The position numbers and the translations under genes are program-made. From contig CAXXHO010000001.1 in the NCBI GenBank assembly GCA_963667725.2, forward strand, positions 34,362 through 98,361: a stretch of DNA of 64,000 bases, given 5' to 3'. Shown here in pieces: positions 7,585 to 16,361 of this stretch. The stretch is from Treponemataceae bacterium. Its GTDB lineage: Bacteria > Spirochaetota > Spirochaetia > Treponematales > Rectinemataceae. Within the stretch, counting starts at the first letter, position 1; each line of letters begins with the position of its first letter. The notes beneath the pieces are model-generated. The model was not told the origin of the DNA, made no database searches, and saw only the letters and a list, made by a program, of their open reading frames with translations.

Positions 7585-9318
7585 TTATTTTTTAAGGGAA
7601 GCGGCGGCGTTCGTGCCCGCGATGCGTCCAAAGACGGTGATGTCGGCGACGGCATTGCCGCCCAGGCGGTTGCCGCCATGGACGCCGCCGGTGACTTCGC
7701 CCGCGGCCCAGAGGCCGGCGATGGGCTTGCCCGCTGCGGAGATGACGCGCGCCGAAGTGTCGATCTTGACGCCGCCCATGGTGTGGTGGACGGCGGGCGT
7801 GATCTCGATGCTGTAGAAGGGGCCGGCCGCCAGCGCGCGCGGCATGTCGGCGCGCTTGAAGTCGGGGTCGGCCTTGGCGGCGACGGCCGCGTTATAGCGG
7901 TCGAGGGTCGCCGCGAGCGCGTCGGCGGGAACGCCGATCTTGGCGGCGAGTTCGGCGGGCGTGGCGCCTTCGGCGACGATGCCCATCCTCACGTAATCCT
8001 CGATGGCCTTGAGGCTCTTACGGACGGACTGGTCGAAGACGATATAGGCTGTCTTGCCTTTCTGGGCGAGGACGGCGGCGGAGACGACGTCGCGGGTCTC
8101 GAGTTCGTTGATGAAGCGTTTGCCTTCGTGGCCCACCAGAATGGCGCCGTTGCCGCGGACGGCTTCGGTGATCATTTCCTTTCCGGGGGCGTAGGTCGGG
8201 TGGGTCTGTATTTCCTTCATGTCGACGAGGGCGGCGCCGATCTTCTCAGCCATGGCGATGCCGTCGCCCATGGCGCCCGAATGGTTGGTCGTGGCGAAAC
8301 CGCGGAGCGAGGGTTGGTAGGAGGCGACCATCTCATTGTTGGCCGCGAAGCCTCCGGCCGCCAGGATGACCGCCTTGGCGGCGACTTTGTAGTCCTTGCC
8401 ACCGATGGTCACGCGGATGCCGGATGCCGCGCCGGCTTTGTCGAGGAGGATCTCCTGGACCTTGGCGCTTGTGAAGATGGCGATGCCGGTCTGTTTGTCG
8501 GCGGCGCCTTTCAGGGTTTTGACCACCTCGGGGCCGACGGGGGCGCCGCCGACCGGCCGATGGGCGCGGTTGACCGAGGCGCCGGCAAGCCTGCCCACGT
8601 CGGAAAGGTTGGCGCCGAGGGACTCAAGCCAGGCGACCGTCGCCGCGCCCTGCTCCGCGAGGGTGCGCACGAGTGCGGGGTCGTTCTTGTTGTAGCCGCC
8701 CTTCATGGTGTCCTGGAAGAAGAGCTCGGCGCTGTCCTTGATGCCCGCGGCGGCCTGTTCCTTCGTGCCCGCGGCGTTGAGGCCGCCCGTGGCGCGGAGG
8801 GTGTTGCCGCCGACGAGGCCCATCTTCTCGAAGACCGCGACGGAAACGCCCGCTTCGGCGGCCGCGTTGGCCGCGGAGAGGCCGGCGCCGCCCGCCCCGA
8901 TGATCACGATATCATAGGACTTCGCCGGCGCCTTGGCCGAGGCGGAAGCCGCGGCCGCCACGGGCGCGCCCTTGAAGCCGGCCTGGTTCAAGGCGTCCTT
9001 GATGGCCTCGAGAATGCCGCCCGAGGATTCGGACGCGCCGGCCACGACGTCGACGTTGGCGCTGTTCGCCTTCATGACGCGGTCCGAAAGTTCCTTGAAT
9101 GCGGCGTCGCCGATGCCGGCGGTCTCGCCGCTCTGCAGCAGCTCGATTTTCAGCACTTTGGCCGCGCTCACCGTAACCGCGACCTTGATGTCGCCGCCGT
9201 GGCCCTTGCCGGTGCCGATGTAGGTGCCGGCGGTGAATACCGGCGTCGTGGCGCAGGCTACAAGCGACAGCGCCGCCACTATGCCCAGAAGGGCGGACCA
9301 TAGAGTTCGTTTCTTCAT
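7585..9318 (-). CDS. Lipoprotein flavocytochrome-c-type fumarate reductase with an N-terminal FMN-binding domain
   Basis: Lipobox LVAC; FMN-bind GKGHGG...DVVAGAS; FAD motif GAGGAG; QTHPT, TEAVRG, ETRD, VHHTMGG and GNRLGGN. Confidence 0.9.
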   Translation of the reverse strand: MKKRTLWSALLGIVAALSLVACATTPVFTAGTYIGTGKGHGGDIKVAVTVSAAKVLKIELLQSGETAGIGDAAFKELSDRVMKANSANVDVVAGASESSGGILEAIKDALNQAGFKGAPVAAAASASAKAPAKSYDIVIIGAGGAGLSAANAAAEAGVSVAVFEKMGLVGGNTLRATGGLNAAGTKEQAAAGIKDSAELFFQDTMKGGYNKNDPALVRTLAEQGAATVAWLESLGANLSDVGRLAGASVNRAHRPVGGAPVGPEVVKTLKGAADKQTGIAIFTSAKVQEILLDKAGAASGIRVTIGGKDYKVAAKAVILAAGGFAANNEMVASYQPSLRGFATTNHSGAMGDGIAMAEKIGAALVDMKEIQTHPTYAPGKEMITEAVRGNGAILVGHEGKRFINELETRDVVSAAVLAQKGKTAYIVFDQSVRKSLKAIEDYVRMGIVAEGATPAELAAKIGVPADALAATLDRYNAAVAAKADPDFKRADMPRALAAGPFYSIEITPAVHHTMGGVKIDTSARVISAAGKPIAGLWAAGEVTGGVHGGNRLGGNAVADITVFGRIAGTNAAASLKK

Positions 9319-9345
9319 TTCATGCTCCTGAAATTGGGGTTGAAT

Positions 9346-9369
9346 ATATAGATAACAAATTATCTATAT
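9346..9369. promoter_or_regulatory. Perfect 10-4-10 inverted repeat upstream of the fumarate reductase (candidate operator)
   Basis: ATATAGATAA-CAAA-TTATCTATAT in an AT-rich upstream region. Confidence 0.6.
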
Positions 9370-9404
9370 TATGTCTAGCCCCGCGCGGCATGGGGCGAGA
9401 GTAG

Positions 9405-9496
9405 ACTGGATACGACAGGATACAACAGGATCACTGGATACAACAGGATCACAGGACCTTGCAGGATTTACAGGATTTACAGGATTTACAGGATGT
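9405..9496 (+). repeat. Tandem array of ten 8-10 bp ACAGGAT-core units
   Basis: actggatacg acaggataca acaggatc actggataca acaggatc acaggacctt gcaggattt acaggattt acaggattt acaggatgt. Confidence 0.85.
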
Positions 9497-10220
9497 GCTC
9501 CAGGAAGCGGCGCGTGCGGTCCTCGCGGGGCGAGGTGAAGAAGGTCTCGGGCGGCGCTTCCTCGACGATCTGGCCGGCGTCCATGAAGATGATCCGGTGC
9601 GCGGCCGCCCTCGCGAAGCCCATCTCGTGGGAGACGACCAGCATGGTCATGCCTTCCTTGGCCAGGTCGGTCATGACGTCGAGGACTTCCTTGATCATTT
9701 CAGGATCGAGGGCGCTTGTCGGCTCGTCGAAGAGCATCACCTTGGGGTTCATGGCGAGGGCGCGGGCGATGGCGACGCGCTGCTGCTGGCCGCCGGAGAG
9801 CTGCTCGGGCCAGGCGCCCTCCTTTTCGGAGAGGCCGACCTTGGCCAGGAGCCTGCGCGCCGTGGCCGCAGCCTCTTCCTTGCCCTGCTTGAGCACGAGG
9901 GTCGGGGAGAGCGTTATGTTGTCCAGCACGCTCAAGTGGGGAAAGAGGTTGAAGCTCTGGAAAACCATGCCCACTTCCTCGCGGATGTGGCGGATATCGG
10001 ACTTCTCGTCGGTGACGCACTCGCCGTCGATGAAGATGCTGCCTGAATCGAGGGCCTCGAGCCGGTTGACCGAGCGGAGGAGGGTGCTCTTGCCCGAGCC
10101 CGAGGGCCCGATGATGAGGACGACCTCGCCCTTCCTGACGCTCAGGTCCACCCCGCGAAGGGCCTGGACGGTGCCGCCAAAGGTTTTGACGGCGTTCTTT
10201 ATCTCAATGTACGTTTCCAC
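9486..10220 (-). CDS. Polar amino acid ABC transporter ATP-binding protein (GlnQ/ArtR-like)
   Basis: [23 protein letters not shown] and [11 protein letters not shown]. Confidence 0.95.
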   Translation of the reverse strand: METYIEIKNAVKTFGGTVQALRGVDLSVRKGEVVLIIGPSGSGKSTLLRSVNRLEALDSGSIFIDGECVTDEKSDIRHIREEVGMVFQSFNLFPHLSVLDNITLSPTLVLKQGKEEAAATARRLLAKVGLSEKEGAWPEQLSGGQQQRVAIARALAMNPKVMLFDEPTSALDPEMIKEVLDVMTDLAKEGMTMLVVSHEMGFARAAAHRIIFMDAGQIVEEAPPETFFTSPREDRTRRFLEHIL

Positions 10221-11028
10221 GGTGCCTCAGCTTTTCTTCCATAAATGCGACGACGCGCGAGAAGAAGAGGGTCATCACGAGGTAGATCAGCGCGATGATC
10301 GTGTAGCTTTCAAAATAGCGGAAGGAGGTCGACGCGTACTCGCGCCCGCGCCGGAGAAGGTCCGAGACCGCGAGTATGGAGACGAGCGACGAGTCCTTGA
10401 GCAGGGCGATGAATTCGTTCCCGATCGGGGGCAGGATAACCTTGACCGTCTGGGGAATGATGATCTTGCGCAGGGCCTGGCCCCGCGACATGCCGAGGGC
10501 GAGCGCGGCTTCCATCTGCCCCTTGGGGATGGACTGGATGCCGGCGCGGAAAATCTCCGCCATGTAGGCGCCGTAGCAGATCGACATGGCGAGGATGGCC
10601 GCGGGCGGTCCCTGCAGCTTCAGGAGCGGGCCCAGCGCGTAGTAGATGTAGAAAAGCTGGACCAGGAGGGGTATGCCGCGGATCACCTCGACATAGATCG
10701 TCGCGATGCGGTTGATGGTCTTGTTCTGCGAGATGCGCCCGAGCCCCGCGAAGAGGCCGATCATGAGCGCGAAGGCGATCGAAATGAGCGTGACGGCGAA
10801 GGTCGCCACGAGGCCGTCGGGGACGAAGGAAAGTATTCGCAGGTAGGGATCGGGACTCACCAGGGGCAGCACGACCAGGAGGCCGATCGCCCCGAAGAAT
10901 GCGATGTTCCAGGCGGAAAGCAAGCCGCCCTCATCCTTTGAGGGGATGAGGGTGCCGTCGGTGACATTAATCGTCGTCCGGCCGGTAGTGTGATCCTCCC
11001 GGCCGCGACTCTGAGAGCCTTTGTTCAT
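10204..11028 (-). CDS. Polar amino acid ABC transporter permease
   Basis: [31 protein letters not shown] and LLKDSSL. Start chosen as the first ATG after the SBP stop codon. Confidence 0.9.
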   Translation of the reverse strand: MNKGSQSRGREDHTTGRTTINVTDGTLIPSKDEGGLLSAWNIAFFGAIGLLVVLPLVSPDPYLRILSFVPDGLVATFAVTLISIAFALMIGLFAGLGRISQNKTINRIATIYVEVIRGIPLLVQLFYIYYALGPLLKLQGPPAAILAMSICYGAYMAEIFRAGIQSIPKGQMEAALALGMSRGQALRKIIIPQTVKVILPPIGNEFIALLKDSSLVSILAVSDLLRRGREYASTSFRYFESYTIIALIYLVMTLFFSRVVAFMEEKLRHRGNVH

Positions 11029-11032
11029 GGTG

Positions 11033-11797
11033 CTATTTGAGCCATTTCGCAATGAGTTCGTCAAGCTTGCCGGAGGCCTTTACCTTGGCGAGGCCGTCGG
11101 CGAAGAGCTTGGCGGTCTTGGCGTCGCCCTTCTTGAAGGCGAAGCCGAGCCACTCGTCGGTGAAGGGCTGGCCGACGATCATGAGCTTGTCCTTGTAGGC
11201 GGGGTTCTGGAGGGCGAAGTTGGCGGCGATGGGGGAGTCGGCGACGACGCCGTCGATATTGCCGTTCGCGAGATCCTGATAGGCGAGCCCCACTTCGTCG
11301 TAGGTCTTGAGCTCGACGCCGGCGACTTTGCCGATTTCCATCACGCCGGTGGTGCCGATCTGTCCGCCCACCTTCTTGCCAACGAGGTCGGCGAGCGTGG
11401 TTACTCCAGCGGTTTCCTTGCGCACGACGAGGACCTGGCCGGCGTTGACGTAGCCTTCCGAGAAGTCCATGGTGGCCTTGCGCTCGTCGGTGATGGTGAC
11501 AGAGGAGGCGACTGCCTGATAGTTGCCCGCGGCGAGGCCGGCGAAGATGCCGTCCCAGGCGGTGTTCTTGATTTCGACTTCGAAGCCGGCGGCCTTGGCG
11601 ATCTCGTTGACGAGGTCGACGTCGAAGCCGACGACGTTCTTGTTCTCGTCGACGAACTCCATGGGAGGCCAGGTGGCGTCCGAGGCGACGACGATCTTGG
11701 AGGGTTTCTTGGCGCAGGAAGAGAGGCTCGCCGAGCCGATGACGACGAGGGCTGCGAGCAGCACGAAGGCGACGGGAGCGGACCAGGATTTCTTCAT
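11033..11797 (-). CDS. Basic amino acid ABC transporter substrate-binding lipoprotein
   Basis: Lipobox LSSC; DATWPPMEF, GFDVDL, ITDERK and QIGTTG; RBS AAGGAG. Confidence 0.92.
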   Translation of the reverse strand: MKKSWSAPVAFVLLAALVVIGSASLSSCAKKPSKIVVASDATWPPMEFVDENKNVVGFDVDLVNEIAKAAGFEVEIKNTAWDGIFAGLAAGNYQAVASSVTITDERKATMDFSEGYVNAGQVLVVRKETAGVTTLADLVGKKVGGQIGTTGVMEIGKVAGVELKTYDEVGLAYQDLANGNIDGVVADSPIAANFALQNPAYKDKLMIVGQPFTDEWLGFAFKKGDAKTAKLFADGLAKVKASGKLDELIAKWLK

Positions 11798-11894
11798 TGC
11801 GTTACTCCTTGGGTTCCGGCGGGCTGGCGCCATTCTGGTGCATGCCGCCGCGGCTGGGACGCCTCGCTGGCGTCGGCGCCGTTATTTCTTTGCG

Positions 11895-11923
11895 AAGATA
11901 CGATATTTAGCATACAGTGTCAA
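11895..11923 (-). promoter_or_regulatory. Promoter TTGACA-17-TATCTT for the amino acid ABC operon
   Basis: Hexamers read on the minus strand. Confidence 0.6.
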
Positions 11924-11942
11924 TGACGGCATTCGATCATCT

Positions 11943-11977
11943 GCAATAGTTATGCACTATTTATGCATAATAATGCA
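11943..11977. promoter_or_regulatory. Tandem ARG-box-like operators
   Basis: GCAATAGTTATGCA and TGCATAATAATGCA start 21 bp apart, the spacing typical of tandem ArgR boxes. Confidence 0.6.
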
Positions 11978-12081
11978 GAATATGCCCTGCTTTGAGCCCC
12001 TGCAGCGCATATTTGCAGCGCGGGCGGCCGAGGCGCCCCTCCACGCTTGCGTCTGGAGGGGCGCCGGGAGTAGGATCGGCC

Positions 12082-12285
12082 ATGGTCGTTACGGTCAATT
12101 TCGAGAAGGAAGAATATCCGGAAGCTGAACTCAGCGTAGCCGAGATCATCAAGCGCCGCCGATACTCCTTTCCCCATATCATCACCACGCTGAACGGCAA
12201 GCTGGTCGAGCGCGACCATCGCGAGACCACGCTGGTTTCGCACGGCGACGATCTCGAAATCTTCCATTTGATAAGCGGGGGCTGA
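12082..12285 (+). CDS. ThiS/MoaD family sulfur carrier protein
   Basis: 67 aa beta-grasp-like sequence ending in ISGG. Confidence 0.88.
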   Translation: MVVTVNFEKEEYPEAELSVAEIIKRRRYSFPHIITTLNGKLVERDHRETTLVSHGDDLEIFHLISGG

Positions 12286-12399
12286 ACCCTGGCGACGGCC
12301 GAGAAGCCAACATCCGGCTGCCTCGCGGTGCGTGTAGCCAAATCCTCAAGCCGTGATATACTTCACCCAGAATTCTAAAAGCGAAAGGGAGTTCCAAAC

Positions 12400-14166
12400 A
12401 TGAAGAAAATTGCGCTGCTTGCCCTCGCGCTCTGCCTGCTGGCCTCTGTGGTGCCGGCCGCCGAGAACGCGAACAACCTGCAGAAGATCTATCCGGTGAA
12501 TTCCGACGTCTACAAGGCGATCACCTATCTCTTCATCGACCAGGGACTGGCGCTGCCCTCCACGTCCGGTCCATGGAGCGGCGACGAGCTCTTGGGCATG
12601 CTGGACAAGGTGAGTCCCGACAAGCTCGCTTCGGGCGCGCGAGCCACTTACGACTACGCGCTGGCCGAGCTCGCCCAGCACCGCAAGGCGGTGAAGTTCA
12701 CGCTGGCCACCTCGCTCGAGGGGTACTACCACACCAACACGACCGACTTCACCAAGGACAGCCAGTGGATCCGCGGCTTCGACGAGCGTAATCCCGTCCT
12801 CGACATCATCCTCGAGACCTGGCCCTCGGAGCATTTCTACGGCTACAGCTCGCTGCCCGTGCAGAACAACCGCTACAACGGCGAGAGCGCGGCCGATGGC
12901 TACACGTCGACCCTCTGGGGATCGAGCGCTCTGACGACGAACATCCCGATGGTGGCCCCCGCCGTGATCGGCGACCTCAACATGAACGTGCCGTACCGGG
13001 CTTTCGGCGCCATCGGCGGCACGGGCTGGAGCGCCCAGATCGGCCGTGACAAGCTCTCCTGGGGTCCCGGCGAGTCGGGCAACTTCGTGCTCGGCGACCA
13101 CCTGCTTTACCACAACGTGGGCAGGCTGGCGACTTACGGTAAAAACTTCAAGTACACCTTCCTGACTTCGTTCTTTCCCTACCCGACCGACTACTACCCG
13201 ATCATCGATGGTTCGGGCAATTTCATCAACGAGGGCAGCCAGGATACCATCCAGAGCGGCATCAACATGTTCATCGGCCACAGGGTCGAGGGACGGCTCT
13301 TCAACAACAAGGTCGGCATCGCGCTCAACGAGGCGATCATGTACCAGTCGGCGGACAACGCCATCGACCTCCAGGTTCTGAGCCCCACGGCTATCTTCCA
13401 CGACTATTACATCAGGGGCAACGCCAACTCCATCATATCCCTTGAAGTGGACTATAACCCGATCAGGTATGTCGATCTTTACGGCCAGGTGGTGGTGGAC
13501 GAGTTCTACCTGCCCGGCGAGCCGGTTCCCGGCGTCGACGCTGACGCCCTGCCGAATGCTTTCGGATATATGGCCGGCGCCAAGGCGTCCTATCCGCTGG
13601 GAAAGGGAATGCTTTTCGGCTCGGCCGAGTGGGCCAAGACCGATCCCTACCTCTACTTGAGGGACGGCGGCGACCGCGACCAGGATCAGGGCGAGTACGG
13701 CATCAATTGGGTGGTGGCGCTCCGCGAATTCAACTCCAGTTCGGGCATCACCTACACTGAGGACTTTATCGGCTACCAGTACGGCTGCGACGCCATCGTC
13801 TACAACGCCAACCTTGGCTACAAGGTCTTTGGCAAGTGGTCCCTGGAAGGCAATATCTTCTATATGATACACGGCACGCATGACAAGTGGACGACCTGGG
13901 GCGGCCAAGGCGACGCTGCCCAGGACACCGAAACCACGCCAACCACGACCCATGTGACGGATAACAACGGCGACCTCAACGCCGACGAGCGCAACGCGGC
14001 GAGCTACACCTTCGTGGTGGGCGCCCATGGCGGCTACACGATCCTGAAGGGGCTCGAGGTTTACGGCCAGGTGGACTACATCCACATCACGAACCCGGGC
14101 AACATCAGCACGAACGCGCCGATCAGCGACGTGCAGATCACGGCGGGAGTCAAGTACTCGCTGTAG
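12400..14166 (+). CDS. Exported Wzi-like putative outer-membrane beta-barrel, paralog 1
   Basis: Signal peptide; GRDKLSWGPGESGNFVLGD, HRVE, YGQVVVDEF, TDPYLY and IGYQYG; beta-strand-like C-terminus ending VKYSL. Confidence 0.7.
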   Translation: MKKIALLALALCLLASVVPAAENANNLQKIYPVNSDVYKAITYLFIDQGLALPSTSGPWSGDELLGMLDKVSPDKLASGARATYDYALAELAQHRKAVKFTLATSLEGYYHTNTTDFTKDSQWIRGFDERNPVLDIILETWPSEHFYGYSSLPVQNNRYNGESAADGYTSTLWGSSALTTNIPMVAPAVIGDLNMNVPYRAFGAIGGTGWSAQIGRDKLSWGPGESGNFVLGDHLLYHNVGRLATYGKNFKYTFLTSFFPYPTDYYPIIDGSGNFINEGSQDTIQSGINMFIGHRVEGRLFNNKVGIALNEAIMYQSADNAIDLQVLSPTAIFHDYYIRGNANSIISLEVDYNPIRYVDLYGQVVVDEFYLPGEPVPGVDADALPNAFGYMAGAKASYPLGKGMLFGSAEWAKTDPYLYLRDGGDRDQDQGEYGINWVVALREFNSSSGITYTEDFIGYQYGCDAIVYNANLGYKVFGKWSLEGNIFYMIHGTHDKWTTWGGQGDAAQDTETTPTTTHVTDNNGDLNADERNAASYTFVVGAHGGYTILKGLEVYGQVDYIHITNPGNISTNAPISDVQITAGVKYSL

Positions 14167-14195
14167 GCGGAAGGCCGCTGCGAAAAAAATAAAGC

Positions 14196-14237
14196 GGGGC
14201 CGCCCGCGCTCCCCGGCCGGGGAGCGCGGGCGGCCCC
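14196..14237. terminator. 42-bp perfect palindrome between convergent genes (bidirectional terminator candidate)
   Basis: GGGGCCGCCCGCGCTCCCCGG/CCGGGGAGCGCGGGCGGCCCC, with an A-tract on the left and TTCTT on the right. Confidence 0.75.
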
Positions 14238-14286
14238 TTCTTATGCGCAGCCTGCCAAAATGCCTAAACGACCTTTCCGGACAGCC

Positions 14287-15720
14287 TTAAGGCGTCGCGC
14301 CCACGCCGAAGCGCCTGACGAAGCCAAACGAGAGAGAGATTGCCGGATCCTCGCCCTCGGCCTTTTCAAGGCCGGCGCTCACCGTAGCCAGGGACCTGCG
14401 TCCGATGAGGATCTCGGCGCGAAGGGCGGCGTCCCAACGCGTTGTAATAGGCTCCTGCGGTCCGAGCCAGTCGATTTCGTGATCGGCAGGCGTGGTGTAG
14501 GTCCATTGGCCCGACTCGTTGCCGAGAAAGGAGAGGCGCGCCTCGCCGCTCAGAGCCAAACCGGGAAAGTCGTAGCCAAGCTTAGCCCGCGCCACGATCC
14601 GGTCGGGTCCCAACGGATAGGCGAACCATGAGTCGATAGTGTGCCAGGCGCTGTCGGTCTGCATGAAATAGCGCGTGTAATAAGCCTGGCCGGAGCTGCC
14701 GGCGCTGCGCCTGTATAAGTAGGTCGAGGCCCAATAACCGTCCAGTGTCAGGACGAGGCCGCCTTCAAGGGGTTTGCCGACCATGGCGAGGCGGAAATCG
14801 TTGCGGAAATGCTTGGGCCGCTCCATCCTGCGCCCATCCAGAATCTTCCATTGCATTCCCGCCGAAAAGCCGAAGGCGCTGGGATTGGAACCTGTGCCCT
14901 CGCTGCCGAGCTGGAAGTCGTCCATCAAGGTTTCACCGTAGAGGCGGAACACGGGCGCGGGCCTCCACTCGCCGTCCACGTGGAACATGACGTTCGAACC
15001 ATCGGCGAAAAGATGATGGTAGACGAGAAAGGGCGCGAAGTCCTGGAAGTCGAGGTCCACGCCCGTGGACAGGTTGTACTCGGCGAAGCCCAAGGAGAAT
15101 GCCGGAAACTCGATGCCGAGGCGATGGTAGAAAAGATGTTTGCCGTCGTCCGCGGCGTCCGAGGTGCGAGGCACGCTGACGGCCAGAAAGTCGTAGTCCA
15201 GGCTGCCCTTTCCCAGGGAAGCCGAAAGGCCGGCGGTGGCGTGGTCGTAGCGGGGGTTGTCGCCGGAGAGCAGGAGTGAACCCATTCCGCGGCCCAGATT
15301 GATCGCCCGCCGCCCCAGGCTCGCGCGCCACCAGTCGCCCTTCCCTTCCAGGTACCCAGCGTTGGGGTAATTATTCGAAAAGATAATGCCGGTAAAGTCG
15401 CGGTTCACGATGAGGTTCGTGATTTCGCCGCCCTTGAGCATTTCACCCATGTCCTGCTGCAGCTCGAGCACCATGACGGCGTTGAAGGGGCCGGCTGCGA
15501 GGGAAAAGCCGCCCGATAGTATCGCCGGCCTGGAAAAATACCGCACGAGCTCGTCGATGCCCACGGCATCGGAGTCGGTATACGCGATCCGGTTGGAGAG
15601 CGTCGCCAGCGGCGCGATGTCGAACCACAAGCCGGCGCCAAGACCGCTTCCCTGCGCGAAAGACGGCGCCGCGGACATGACGAAAAGCGCGGCCAGGGCC
15701 GCGAGAAATGACTTTTTCAA
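14287..15720 (-). CDS. Exported Wzi-like putative outer-membrane beta-barrel, paralog 2
   Basis: Signal peptide; GRRAINLGRGMGSLLLSGD, HRLG, YGETLMDDF and YLYRR; TTG start after GAGGA. Confidence 0.65.
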   Translation of the reverse strand: MKKSFLAALAALFVMSAAPSFAQGSGLGAGLWFDIAPLATLSNRIAYTDSDAVGIDELVRYFSRPAILSGGFSLAAGPFNAVMVLELQQDMGEMLKGGEITNLIVNRDFTGIIFSNNYPNAGYLEGKGDWWRASLGRRAINLGRGMGSLLLSGDNPRYDHATAGLSASLGKGSLDYDFLAVSVPRTSDAADDGKHLFYHRLGIEFPAFSLGFAEYNLSTGVDLDFQDFAPFLVYHHLFADGSNVMFHVDGEWRPAPVFRLYGETLMDDFQLGSEGTGSNPSAFGFSAGMQWKILDGRRMERPKHFRNDFRLAMVGKPLEGGLVLTLDGYWASTYLYRRSAGSSGQAYYTRYFMQTDSAWHTIDSWFAYPLGPDRIVARAKLGYDFPGLALSGEARLSFLGNESGQWTYTTPADHEIDWLGPQEPITTRWDAALRAEILIGRRSLATVSAGLEKAEGEDPAISLSFGFVRRFGVGATP

Positions 15721-15732
15721 ATTCGCATTCCT

Positions 15733-16245
15733 CTAGCGCTTGGCCATGGAATCGTGAAAATCGATGTCCTTGGCGTCCCAGGGATAGACGATCCAGACGT
15801 CGTCCAGCTCCTCGCCGACGACGTAGTGCTTGACTTCCTGCGGGATGACGCCCCGTTTGTGCTTGTTCTTGTTGTGGAGGACGGACACGGCGATCTCGGC
15901 CGGCTTGTGCTTGAGCAGCTCCCGGATGCAGTACTCGAGGGTCGTGCGCGAGTCGTCCACCTCGTCGATCAGGAGGATCTTTTTGCCGGCCAGCTTGCGC
16001 TCGGCTTCCTCGATCCACTGGACCTTGCGGGGGAATTCGGTGGGCTTGTCGTTGGCGTCGTAGTAGGCGATGCCGACCGCGAGGATCGGGGCGCCCAGGA
16101 AGGTCCTGATGATGCGGGCGGGGATGAAGCCCCCCGTGCCGATCGCCACGATGACGTCGGGCTCGAAGCCCGCGGCGGCGATGCGCTCCGCCATGCTCTT
16201 GGCCGTTTTGTGTATTTCCTGATAGGAGAAATAGCGCTTTTCCAT
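15733..16245 (-). CDS. Type I phosphoribosyltransferase (xanthine/guanine PRT-like)
   Basis: VAIGTGGFIPA, the PRPP loop LLIDEVDDSRTT, and WIVYPWD. Confidence 0.88.
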   Translation of the reverse strand: MEKRYFSYQEIHKTAKSMAERIAAAGFEPDVIVAIGTGGFIPARIIRTFLGAPILAVGIAYYDANDKPTEFPRKVQWIEEAERKLAGKKILLIDEVDDSRTTLEYCIRELLKHKPAEIAVSVLHNKNKHKRGVIPQEVKHYVVGEELDDVWIVYPWDAKDIDFHDSMAKR

Positions 16246-16251
16246 GGAAGG

Positions 16252-16280
16252 ATTGTAAAGCAAGCTTTCAGATTGGGCAA
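16252..16280 (-). promoter_or_regulatory. Leaderless promoter TTGCCC-17-TACAAT, 6 nt before ATG 16245
   Basis: Read directly from the sequence. Confidence 0.6.
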
Positions 16281-16361
16281 TGGCAATGACCCCGCGCCCT
16301 GGATTCGCCGGTTTCCCGAAATCGGGAAATAGTCTAGAATTCCATGCATGCGAGGTCAGCG

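Noticed and set aside
4891..9303. Long plus-strand ORFs 4891..7125 and 7387..9303
   Set aside because: Antisense to aor and the flavocytochrome gene, which carry the conserved motifs.
9405..9496. CRISPR array
   Set aside because: Units are 8-10 bp with no unique spacers, and there are no cas genes.
9459..10046. ORF starting [12 protein letters not shown]
   Set aside because: Translation of the 9-bp repeat, antisense to the ABC ATPase.
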